Assembly: GCA_017935645.1 (NCBI GenBank)
Contig: JAGBHF010000011.1
Location: forward strand, 4,709-68,708
Length of the DNA: 64,000 nucleotides
From: Bacteroidaceae bacterium
GTDB lineage: Bacteria; Bacteroidota; Bacteroidia; Bacteroidales; Barnesiellaceae_A
Reading direction: 5' to 3'
A model generated the notes under the pieces. That model was not told where the DNA came from, ran no database searches, and saw only the letters and a list, made by a program, of their open reading frames with translations. Position numbers and translations under genes: made by a program. Every line of letters starts with the position of its first letter. Positions within the stretch are counted from its first letter, which is position 1. Shown piece after piece: positions 55,668 through 64,000 of this stretch.

Positions 55668-56945
55668 ATGAAACAGACTTTACTTACACTGCTCGTCGCT
55701 GTGTGTGTAACAGGTACAGGTGCGCAATCGCTGGACGAATGTCGTCGTCTTGCACAAGAGCACTACCCCGAGATAAGGCAATACGACCTTATTTCACAGA
55801 CCGAGCAGTACAACCTTTCAAATGCATCGCGAGCGTGGATACCACAGGTAATGCTCTCGGGGCAGGCTACCTATCAATCGGCAACTCCCACCTACCCCGA
55901 AGTACTCAGCTCGATATTGCAAGCCAACGGTCTTGAAATGGTAGGTATACGCAAAGACCAATATAAAGTAGCCATCGATGTGACTCAAAACATTTGGGAT
56001 GGAGGTGTGTCAAAAGCCAATCGTGCCATTGCCGAGGCTGAAGCCTCAGAACAACGTAGTCGCGTGGATGTCTCGTTATACGACCTACAAGCACGAGTAG
56101 ACAATATATACTTTGGTATCTTACTTCTTGATGAACGCCATGCACAAACCCAAGCATTCATAGAAGTATTAGAGAGTAATCTCGCACGCATGCGTACATA
56201 TTATAATAATGGCATTGCAATGCAAGCCGACGTCGATGCTATTGAGGCAGAACTCCTATCGGCACGTCAAACACTCGGACAAGTTGAGTCGTCGCGTACA
56301 AGCTATCGTCATATATTGGAGGTATTTATCGGACAGCAACTTACATCGGAAGTGTTGGAGCGACCCACTATGCCGGAGGTAACTTCACGCATTTCAGCAC
56401 GGCCGGAGTTAACATTGTTCGAGGCACAAGAGAACAAGTTGGAAGCACAACGCAAGGCTATAAACGCCTCTGTCATGCCCCGCTTCACAGCTTTTGCTCA
56501 GGGGTATTATGGCTATCCGGGCATGGACATGTTTAAGAGTATGGTATCGTCAGATTGGTCGTTAAATGCTATCGTAGGTGTGCGCATGGCATGGAACATT
56601 AGCGCCTTTTATACGCAGAAAAACAATCTCGAAAAGCTCAACATTGCCAAGCAACAGATTGCGGTGCAACGCGATGTATTTCTCTTTAATACACAGATGC
56701 AGACAACACAAGACGATGGCGAAATAGCCCGACTGCAGAAGGCTGTCGAAGACGATGTACGCATTGTCGAATTGCGTCGCAGGGTACGTGTGGCAGCCGA
56801 GTCGCAACTGGAAAACGGAGTGATTGATGCAACCGACCTGTTGCGTAAAATTACCGACGAGACCAATGCCATGCTTGCTCGCAGCACCCACGAAATAGAA
56901 CTTTTACAAGCTACATACAGACTAAAAACAACGCTAAATCAATAA
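55668..56945 (+). CDS. TolC-family outer membrane efflux protein
   Basis: 425 aa with a signal peptide and a two-repeat coiled-coil/barrel pattern. First gene after the TetR regulator. Confidence 0.85.
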   Translation: MKQTLLTLLVAVCVTGTGAQSLDECRRLAQEHYPEIRQYDLISQTEQYNLSNASRAWIPQVMLSGQATYQSATPTYPEVLSSILQANGLEMVGIRKDQYKVAIDVTQNIWDGGVSKANRAIAEAEASEQRSRVDVSLYDLQARVDNIYFGILLLDERHAQTQAFIEVLESNLARMRTYYNNGIAMQADVDAIEAELLSARQTLGQVESSRTSYRHILEVFIGQQLTSEVLERPTMPEVTSRISARPELTLFEAQENKLEAQRKAINASVMPRFTAFAQGYYGYPGMDMFKSMVSSDWSLNAIVGVRMAWNISAFYTQKNNLEKLNIAKQQIAVQRDVFLFNTQMQTTQDDGEIARLQKAVEDDVRIVELRRRVRVAAESQLENGVIDATDLLRKITDETNAMLARSTHEIELLQATYRLKTTLNQ

Positions 56946-56948
56946 GAT

Positions 56949-57833
56949 ATGAAACGAATGGTATATATCTGCGCTACGATACTCGCTGTATCATGCGGCA
57001 CAAAAACAGAGTTCGATGCACAAGGTACATTTGAGGCTACCGAGGTAGTCGTGTCGGCTGAAGCGAACGGAAAAATTCTCAATTTTGACATTGAAGAGGG
57101 TATGACAATCGAGGCAAATAAGACAATAGGCACTATTGACAGCCTGCAACTCTATCTGCAACGTAAACAGCTCACTGCCCAACAATCGGCACTCCTTGGT
57201 TCGCGACCCGACATAAAAAAGCAAGTGGCTTCGTTACGCGAACAGATTGCCAAGCAAAAGAGCGAACTGAAACGTGTTGAAAATATGCTTCGTGATGGTG
57301 CTGCAACACAAAAGCAGTATGACGACATCAATGCTCATGTCAAGGTGTTGGAAAGTCAACTCGAAGCCACACTATCGACACTCGACAAAAACACTACAAC
57401 TATCAACAACAACTCAACGGCGATGGAGGCACAAATAGCCGCACTCGACGACCGTATATCAAAGTGTCGTATCACCTCTCCCGTAGATGGTACAGTGCTG
57501 GTGAAATATGCCCAAGCGGGAGAACTTGCAAGCATGGGCAAACCTCTGATGAAGATTGCCGACCTCGACAACATCTACCTCCGTGCATACTTCACTTCCG
57601 ACCAACTTGCCCATATTAAATTGGGGGATATAGTTAAGGTTATTGCCGATTTTGGTGGTGAAGAGCGATATGACTATGAGGGCCGTATTGCATGGATCTC
57701 GTCAGAGAGTGAGTTTACTCCCAAGACCATCCAAACAAAGGACTCGCGTGCCAATCTGGTATATGCCGTAAAGATTGCAGTAAAGAATGATGGCCGATTA
57801 AAGATTGGCTTAGCCGGTGAAGTAGTGTTGTAA
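56949..57833 (+). CDS. HlyD-family efflux periplasmic adaptor
   Basis: 294 aa. N-terminal lipoprotein-like anchor (AVSCGT), a coiled-coil hairpin and a barrel-sandwich C-terminus. Confidence 0.85.
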   Translation: MKRMVYICATILAVSCGTKTEFDAQGTFEATEVVVSAEANGKILNFDIEEGMTIEANKTIGTIDSLQLYLQRKQLTAQQSALLGSRPDIKKQVASLREQIAKQKSELKRVENMLRDGAATQKQYDDINAHVKVLESQLEATLSTLDKNTTTINNNSTAMEAQIAALDDRISKCRITSPVDGTVLVKYAQAGELASMGKPLMKIADLDNIYLRAYFTSDQLAHIKLGDIVKVIADFGGEERYDYEGRIAWISSESEFTPKTIQTKDSRANLVYAVKIAVKNDGRLKIGLAGEVVL

Positions 57834-57834
57834 C

Positions 57835-58734
57835 ATGGGTGCTATTGAAGTACATAATCTATCGAAGAGCTACGGTAAGGTACAGGCCCTCGACAGCGTA
57901 TCGTTCTCGGTCGAGCGAGGTGAGTTGTTCGGCCTTATCGGGCCGGATGGAGCGGGCAAGACCACGCTGTTTCGTCTACTGACAACCCTTCTTAACCCCG
58001 ATTCGGGTAGTGCAGAGGTGGATGGCTGCGATACAGCAAAAGATTATCTTGCCATACGCTCGCGTGTGGGTTATATGCCCGGACGCTTCTCGCTCTACCC
58101 CGACCTGTCGGTAGAGGAGAATTTACAGTTCTTTGCCGCCCTATTTGGTGTAACCATTGAGGATTCATACGATCTTATTGCACCTATATACAAGCAAATA
58201 GAGCCATTCCGCACACGCCGCGCCGGGAAGTTATCGGGTGGTATGAAGCAGAAACTTGCACTCTCTTGTGCACTTATTCATCGCCCCAATGTACTGTTTC
58301 TTGATGAGCCGACAACGGGTGTCGATGCGGTATCGCGCAGTGAGTTATGGGACATGTTGTCGGAGTTGAAAGAGCGTGGCATAACCATTCTCGTCTCTAC
58401 TCCATACATGGATGAAGCATCGCGTTGCGACCGCATTGCTCTCTGCAACGAAGGACGCATCCTGAAAATCGATACCCCCGAGGGTATTGTGCGCGGATTT
58501 GATAAACAACTCTATGGTATCAGCGCCAAGAATATGTTTGCTCTACTCGAAAAGGCCCGCACAGCCGATGGCGTTGAAGATTGCTATCCCTTTGGTGAAA
58601 AACACCATTTGGTTGCGCGTGAAGAGTTTGACGAGGCAAAATTCGTGGCTCAACTTGGCGACATAGAGGGGTTGCAGATTATACGCACTGCACCTACAAT
58701 TGAGGATATGTTTATAAAACTGATGAAACGATGA
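57835..58734 (+). CDS. ABC transporter ATP-binding protein
   Basis: Walker A GPDGAGKTT, signature LSGGMKQKL, and Walker B LFLDEPTTGVD. Confidence 0.92.
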   Translation: MGAIEVHNLSKSYGKVQALDSVSFSVERGELFGLIGPDGAGKTTLFRLLTTLLNPDSGSAEVDGCDTAKDYLAIRSRVGYMPGRFSLYPDLSVEENLQFFAALFGVTIEDSYDLIAPIYKQIEPFRTRRAGKLSGGMKQKLALSCALIHRPNVLFLDEPTTGVDAVSRSELWDMLSELKERGITILVSTPYMDEASRCDRIALCNEGRILKIDTPEGIVRGFDKQLYGISAKNMFALLEKARTADGVEDCYPFGEKHHLVAREEFDEAKFVAQLGDIEGLQIIRTAPTIEDMFIKLMKR

Positions 58735-59471
58735 ACGATATAGTTATATCGGTACGCGAACTGAGCAAGCGTTTCGGCAACTTTACGGCTGTCGATCGTA
58801 TCTCTTTCGATGTTTATCGAGGCGAAATATTTGGCTTCTTGGGAGCAAACGGAGCGGGTAAAACGACCGCTATGCGCATGCTGTGCGGACTGAGTTATCC
58901 CACATCGGGCAAAGGTTCGGTAGCCGGCTACGATATAATGCACGAGGGAGAGCAGATAAAACGTCACATCGGATACATGAGTCAGCGTTTTTCGCTCTAT
59001 AATGACCTGACCGTATGGGAAAATATGCGCCTGTTTGCGGGTATTTACGGACTGAACAAGAGCCAAACCGAGCAACAAGCAACCGAACTGCTCGAACGCC
59101 TGAATTTTTCATCGGAACGCAATACATTGGTAGGCTCGTTGCCATTAGGTTGGAAACAAAAACTATCATTTGCCATCGCTACGATACATCGCCCTGAAGT
59201 AGTTTTTCTGGACGAACCTACAGGAGGAGTCGACCCCATTACGCGTCGTCAATTTTGGGAGATGATATACGAAGCCGCCGAAAGTGGCACAACAATATTT
59301 GTAACCACTCACTATATGGACGAGGCGGAATATTGCACAAGAGTATCGATAATGGTAGATGGTAAGGTACAAGCACTTGACACCCCTACCCGCCTTAAAC
59401 AACAATTCGCCACAGAGTCTATGGACGAAGTATTTCGCATACTGGCTCGTGGCGCACAGAGAGGAGAATAA
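58731..59471 (+). CDS. ABC transporter ATP-binding protein
   Basis: Walker A GANGAGKTT and Walker B VFLDEPTGGVD. Overlaps the previous gene by 4 nt (ATGA). Confidence 0.92.
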   Translation: MNDIVISVRELSKRFGNFTAVDRISFDVYRGEIFGFLGANGAGKTTAMRMLCGLSYPTSGKGSVAGYDIMHEGEQIKRHIGYMSQRFSLYNDLTVWENMRLFAGIYGLNKSQTEQQATELLERLNFSSERNTLVGSLPLGWKQKLSFAIATIHRPEVVFLDEPTGGVDPITRRQFWEMIYEAAESGTTIFVTTHYMDEAEYCTRVSIMVDGKVQALDTPTRLKQQFATESMDEVFRILARGAQRGE

Positions 59472-59476
59472 CCGGG

Positions 59477-60571
59477 ATGAAACAGAACTTTGCATCATTC
59501 GTCAAAAAAGAGTCGTTGCATATACTCCGCGATACACGCACAATGCTTATTGTGATGCTTATCCCGGTAGTGCTTATGGTGCTATTTGGGTTTGCCATAT
59601 CAACCGAGGTAAACAATGTCAATGTGGCTGTCGTTGCACCCAATCGCACCGACGGTATACGTGACGCTGTTGAGCGACTATCACAAAACGAATACTTTAC
59701 TTTCAAGGGCTATATTACGCCCGACGATATTGACCCCTACCTTCGTTCGGGCAAAGCGAGTGCTGTTGTAGTCTTTGCATCGGATTACGAAAGAGGCGTT
59801 ACTCAAGCAGCAACAGGAGTTCCAACAAAGCCTGTTATCCAACTTATTGTAGACGCCTCGAATGTCAATACCGCCGGCTCATCTACGGCGTATCTGCAAA
59901 GTATATTACTTGGTGCAGCCTCACAACAAGCGATGTTCGAGACTCGCATGTTATTCAATCCGCAGATGCGATCGGCCTATAACTTTGTGCCGGGTATTAT
60001 GGGACTTATCTTTATTCTTGTATGCGCAATGATGACATCGGTGTCAATAGTACGCGAAAAGGAGGTGGGTACTATGGAGGTTCTACTCGTATCGCCTGTA
60101 CGTCCCGTGAAGATTATTTTTGCCAAGATGATACCATATTTTGCCATCTCATGTGTGGTACTTGTAACAATACTGCTCCTTGCACGTTATCTGCTCGAGG
60201 TGCCTATGTCGGGCGGTGTTGGGGGTATTTTTACAATATCATTGCTCTACTTAATCTTGTCGCTTTCACTCGGATTGCTCGTATCGACCATTGCACAGAC
60301 ACAAGTAGTAGCCCTGCTTATATCGGCAGTAGTCATGATGATGCCTATACTTATGCTATCGGGCATGCTATTCCCTATAGAGAACCTACCCAAGTTCTTC
60401 CAAGTGATATCGAATATCGTACCGGCACGTTGGTATATCGATGCTGTGCGTAAGATGATGATTCAGGGATTACCAATTGTAGCCGTGTGGAAAAACTGTG
60501 CTATTTTGCTTGGTATGACCATCGCACTACTCGGCGTGTCACTCAAAAAGTTTAACGACAAATTGGAATAA
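59477..60571 (+). CDS. ABC-2 type transporter permease
   Basis: 364 aa. N-terminal TM, a large periplasmic loop and five C-terminal TMs, as in the ABC-2 family. Confidence 0.88.
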   Translation: MKQNFASFVKKESLHILRDTRTMLIVMLIPVVLMVLFGFAISTEVNNVNVAVVAPNRTDGIRDAVERLSQNEYFTFKGYITPDDIDPYLRSGKASAVVVFASDYERGVTQAATGVPTKPVIQLIVDASNVNTAGSSTAYLQSILLGAASQQAMFETRMLFNPQMRSAYNFVPGIMGLIFILVCAMMTSVSIVREKEVGTMEVLLVSPVRPVKIIFAKMIPYFAISCVVLVTILLLARYLLEVPMSGGVGGIFTISLLYLILSLSLGLLVSTIAQTQVVALLISAVVMMMPILMLSGMLFPIENLPKFFQVISNIVPARWYIDAVRKMMIQGLPIVAVWKNCAILLGMTIALLGVSLKKFNDKLE

Positions 60572-60575
60572 GACT

Positions 60576-61679
60576 ATGCGTACATTTATAGTACTGTTAC
60601 AAAAGGAGTTCTTGCAGATTCGACGCAACACGTTTCTCCCTCGGCTCATCATTGCCTTCCCCATATTGATAATGCTGATTATACCACTTATCATGACAAT
60701 GGATGTACGCAATGTCAATGTTGCTGTTGTTGACCTCGACCGCTCAACCACTTCGCAACGTATTGCATCGCATATCGAAGCCTCGGAATACCTCAGACTC
60801 ACACACACCACGACCGAATATCCCCTCGCAATGGATGCCTTGGAGCAGGGGTTGGTAGATGTTATTGTGCAAATCCCGGACCATTTCGAGCGTGACTTAA
60901 TGGTGTCTACTCCCGAACAAATCAGTATTACAGCTAATGCCGTAAATGCTACAAAAGGTGGCATAGGTATGCAATATATTGTGCAGACCATCGCTCGGAC
61001 ACTTGTAGAACTGCGTGGAGAAAAGAGCCCCACAAAATTGTCGGAATTGGTCACTATCGAAAACCGTTATAACCCGACACTCAATTACCGCCATTACATG
61101 ATACCGGCTCTGATGATTATACTCTTTATCCTTATATGTGGATTCTTGCCTGCACTTAGTATAGTAGGTGAAAAAGAGTGTGGTTCGATTGAGCAGATTA
61201 ATGTAACACCTGTTTCGCGACTCACATTCACCCTATCGAAACTTGTGCCATACTGGATTATTGGACTATTTGTCCTGACAATTGCCATGCTTGTGGCACG
61301 TCTGGCCTATGGTCTCAGTCCTGTAGGCTCTGTTGGAGCCATTTACCTTGGTGCTGCCCTTTTTATCCTCACGATATCGGGGTTCAGCCTGACTATCGCC
61401 AACTTTTCGGAGACCATGCAACAGACAATGTTTGTAATGTTCTTCTTTATTATGATTTTTATGTTAATGAGCGGGTTACTTACCCCCGTAGATTCTATGC
61501 CCGAATGGGCTCAGAGGTTTACAGTAATTCTGCCACCAAGATACTACATAGAGATATTGCGCTCGGTATACTTGAAGGGTACTACCATTACCGAGCTATG
61601 GCCCAACTTTGTCGCACTCGGTATTTTTGCCCTTTGTTTCAATACCCTTGCTGCACTAACATATAAGAAGCAGGCATAA
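60576..61679 (+). CDS. ABC-2 type transporter permease
   Basis: 367 aa. A paralog of the preceding permease with the same topology. Confidence 0.88.
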   Translation: MRTFIVLLQKEFLQIRRNTFLPRLIIAFPILIMLIIPLIMTMDVRNVNVAVVDLDRSTTSQRIASHIEASEYLRLTHTTTEYPLAMDALEQGLVDVIVQIPDHFERDLMVSTPEQISITANAVNATKGGIGMQYIVQTIARTLVELRGEKSPTKLSELVTIENRYNPTLNYRHYMIPALMIILFILICGFLPALSIVGEKECGSIEQINVTPVSRLTFTLSKLVPYWIIGLFVLTIAMLVARLAYGLSPVGSVGAIYLGAALFILTISGFSLTIANFSETMQQTMFVMFFFIMIFMLMSGLLTPVDSMPEWAQRFTVILPPRYYIEILRSVYLKGTTITELWPNFVALGIFALCFNTLAALTYKKQA

Positions 61680-61702
61680 GAATACTCCTTATATACAGGA
61701 AA

Positions 61703-61733
61703 AGAGCCACACTCCCATACGGAATGTGGCTCT
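61703..61733. terminator. terminator hairpin between convergent genes
   Basis: AGAGCCACA / TGTGGCTCT, extendable with one mismatch to a 12-bp stem. Confidence 0.6.
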
Positions 61734-61755
61734 CTTGGTATATCGCTTATACTTA

Positions 61756-63249
61756 TTATCTGTATTGCGAGAAGTCGGTCTTGGTCATATCGCCCGAGTT
61801 GAGGAACTCAGTGTGGAAGGCGAATGCAGCCTTGAGAGTGTGGGGTGTGTGACCACCGTTTGACATCTTGAGGTAATCCCAGAGGAGCTCGCGATACATG
61901 GGGTGAGCACAGTTTTCGATGATAGCCTCGGCGCGTTGACGGGGCGATTTGGCACGAAGGTCGGCAACACCATGCTCGGTAGCAATTACCATTACCGAGT
62001 GCTCGCTGTGGTCTTGGTGCGATACCATAGGAACGATAGAGCTAATCTTACCACCCTTAGCTACTGAAGGACATGCGAAGATTGAGAGGTAAGCATTGCG
62101 AGTAAAGTCGGCCGAGCCACCCAAACCATTCATCATCTTGGTACCTGTCACGTGAGTAGAGTTCACGTTACCGAAGATATCGGCTTCGAGAGCTGTATTC
62201 ATGGTGATAAGACCCAGACGGCGCACAATCTCGGGGTGGTTGGTGATTTCACTCGGACGCAAGATAACACGATCCTTGAAGTAGTAGATGTTATCCATGA
62301 TGCGAGCCAACATATCGTCGCTCACTGTCATACCGCATGTGCTGGCAAATGTACATTTACCTTGGAACATCAACTCCATAGCTGAGTCTTGTACCACCTC
62401 GGTGTACATTTGGAATTGAGGAATGTCGGGATTAAGACCCATTTGAGCCAAAACGGCATTGGCAATGTTACCTACACCCGATTGAACAGGGAGGAACTCT
62501 TTGGGAAGAAGACCGTTCTTGAGTTGTGAAGCGAGGAAGTTACAAACATTCTCACCAATCTTAGATGTAGTAGCATCAACGGGAGAGAAAGGCTTAACAC
62601 CGTCGGTCAAGTCGGTCTCTACGATACCAACAATCTTTTTGGGGTCAACCTTGATAACGGGCGAACCAATGCGGTCGCTGGGCTTATAGATAGGAATTTC
62701 GCGACGATAAGGGGGATCGAGCGGAGTATAAATATCGTGCATACCACGCATTCTGTCGCTCTCGTGGTGGTTGCGCTCGATGATTAGTTTGTCGCAAAGT
62801 TCACACACGGTAGGAGCCATACCTACACCGGCACCCAAGAGGATTTCACCATCTTCCGATACATCGGCAGCCTCGATGATACCTACGTGCATCTTACCCA
62901 AGAAACCATAACGGAGTTGTTGAGAAAGATGAGAGAGGTGCAAGTCGAAATAGGGCATCTCGCCGCTATTGATAAGGTTGCGCGAATCGGCGTGTGATTG
63001 GTAAGGAGTGCGTGTCTTGATTGCGTTTACACGGCTCAATTCACCGTCAATATAGTCGTTGGTAGATGCACCGGTGTACAATCCGATTTTGAAGGGACGT
63101 CCGGCGTCATGTTCTGCTTTGGCTCTCTTGGCCAAGGCAATGGTTGTAGCTTTAGGAGTACCGGCAGCTGTAAAACCACCAAAGCCTACGTTATCATCAT
63201 GATTGATGTACGAGGCAGCTTCTTCTGGGGTAAGAATTCTGAATGCCAT
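61756..63249 (-). CDS. acetyl-CoA hydrolase/transferase family protein (succinate/propionate-type CoA transferase)
   Basis: 497 aa. N-terminal AFRILTPEEAA...GFGGFTAAGTPK, and a GGSADF motif near the C-terminal domain. Confidence 0.88.
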   Translation of the reverse strand: MAFRILTPEEAASYINHDDNVGFGGFTAAGTPKATTIALAKRAKAEHDAGRPFKIGLYTGASTNDYIDGELSRVNAIKTRTPYQSHADSRNLINSGEMPYFDLHLSHLSQQLRYGFLGKMHVGIIEAADVSEDGEILLGAGVGMAPTVCELCDKLIIERNHHESDRMRGMHDIYTPLDPPYRREIPIYKPSDRIGSPVIKVDPKKIVGIVETDLTDGVKPFSPVDATTSKIGENVCNFLASQLKNGLLPKEFLPVQSGVGNIANAVLAQMGLNPDIPQFQMYTEVVQDSAMELMFQGKCTFASTCGMTVSDDMLARIMDNIYYFKDRVILRPSEITNHPEIVRRLGLITMNTALEADIFGNVNSTHVTGTKMMNGLGGSADFTRNAYLSIFACPSVAKGGKISSIVPMVSHQDHSEHSVMVIATEHGVADLRAKSPRQRAEAIIENCAHPMYRELLWDYLKMSNGGHTPHTLKAAFAFHTEFLNSGDMTKTDFSQYR

Positions 63250-63279
63250 AGTGCTTTACAATAGATTGAGATTATAGTT

Positions 63280-63756
63280 TTAGTATTTTCTGCTCAATAT
63301 TTCACTTGTGATAACTGCTTGTCGCCAATCGATTCTCTCAACATCGAGCGCCGCCTCGTTATCTTCGTCATATATTCCTTTATCCGAAATTTCGTTTTTT
63401 ATCAAGTCGTTGTTTCGCGTTACACTTATTCCCTCTTCAATAGGCTTGGAAACTTTAGTCACCGTCTCTACCGGAGCAGGCTTCACAACGGGCTTCTTTT
63501 TGCGACCTACTTCAAGTGGGCGTCCTTCGCGCAAAGCCTTAAAAATATCGTCGAGCGATACTTCGACAGGAGTCGGTTGTTTATAATCAGCCACATCCTC
63601 CTCTACCACATCCTCAACAGGCGTTACACTATTACCTGGCTTGGGTTGCGTTTTCTGCTTATTTTCGGCTCTTTTTTTAGCTTTTGAGTTGTTAATACTG
63701 CTAAAAATACCGATGGCTCCAAAAACAATATAGATTAGAATGTCTAAAAAATCCAT
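63280..63756 (-). CDS. hypothetical membrane-anchored protein
   Basis: 158 aa. N-terminal TM (ILIYIVFGAIGIF) followed by a charged, low-complexity region. Lies 30 nt upstream of the CoA transferase gene on the same strand. Confidence 0.6.
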   Translation of the reverse strand: MDFLDILIYIVFGAIGIFSSINNSKAKKRAENKQKTQPKPGNSVTPVEDVVEEDVADYKQPTPVEVSLDDIFKALREGRPLEVGRKKKPVVKPAPVETVTKVSKPIEEGISVTRNNDLIKNEISDKGIYDEDNEAALDVERIDWRQAVITSEILSRKY

Positions 63757-63778
63757 CTTTATTTCGTAATTTTGCGCT

Positions 63779-63786
63779 CAAATATA
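63779..63786 (-). promoter_or_regulatory. -7 promoter box for the hypothetical/CoA-transferase operon
   Basis: The plus strand reads CAAATATA, which is TATATTTG on the minus strand, 23 nt upstream of the ATG at 63756. Confidence 0.5.
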
Positions 63787-63823
63787 CAAGTTTATTGAGA
63801 GAAAAACAAGTACTACGAGGTTT

Positions 63824-63857
63824 AAAAAGTAATAAAGGGCGGCTTTGCAACCACCCT
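63824..63857 (-). terminator. weak minus-strand terminator-like hairpin
   Basis: On the minus strand AGGGTGG / CCGCCCT forms 7 bp including one G-U pair; on the plus strand this would be a C/A mismatch. TTATTACTTTTT follows. Confidence 0.35.
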
Positions 63858-64000
63858 CTATAAAATTAACCTAAACCTTAACTATGAAAAAAATACACTT
63901 TATATGTGCAAAATAAAAGAAAAACTTTGATTTATACAACAATTAAGAATGATTTTTCATACAAAAGTACGAATTTATATCCAGTCATAGACTTGATATG

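Noticed and set aside
1-64000. Search for a mobile island, prophage, defence system, tRNA, rRNA or CRISPR locus.
   Set aside because: No integrase, transposase, recombinase, phage structural gene, restriction-modification gene, Cas protein or toxin-antitoxin-like ORF was seen in the six-frame track. No tRNA-like or rRNA-like sequence was seen in the intergenic regions. The only compositional outlier noticed is the 12456-13808 gene.

Overview
This window looks like a chromosomal segment of a Bacteroidales (Bacteroidota) genome, and most of it is housekeeping. The taxonomic call rests on four things. Many genes are preceded by TAnnTTTG -7 promoter boxes and lack Shine-Dalgarno sites. The gene order ftsX-DUF3098-uppP-truB-queA is present. 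There are pdxJ-exbB-exbD-tonB and TetR-TolC-HlyD-ABC-2 clusters. Three ORFs end in type IX secretion (T9SS) C-terminal sorting domains. Recognisable core genes are hisS, tkt, rpiB, folB, folK, pyrC, pdxJ, nadK, aroK, sufCDS, nrdDG, a PMCA-type Ca2+ P-type ATPase, an RNase H, a GadC-like APC permease and a succinate/acetate-type CoA transferase. I found no rRNA, tRNA or CRISPR array. I also found no transposase, integrase or phage genes, so I call no mobile island. The less ordinary content falls into five groups. (1) A cell-envelope block at 22.0-30.7 kb holds a 920-aa coiled-coil surface-lipoprotein candidate with an OmpA-family protein, then a 1211-aa T9SS cargo built of five 507-bp tandem repeats with an adjacent outer-membrane beta-barrel. 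(2) Four ~80-bp promoter-box-plus-hairpin modules sit in tandem upstream of rpiB, with related copies at three other loci, followed by about 400 bp with no ORF of 60 aa or more. (3) A low-GC orphan gene (450 aa, TerB-like N-terminus) starts 3 nt after hisS and contains a 38-bp near-perfect palindrome. (4) A 14-bp palindromic motif occurs twice upstream of the Ca2+ ATPase gene. (5) Several hairpins overlap start codons, promoters or 5' leaders. All family assignments come from reading the translated ORFs by eye. No BLAST, HMM, RNA-folding or statistical computation was run, and GC values are hand counts of single 60-nt lines. None of the candidate systems can be claimed as novel without database searches.
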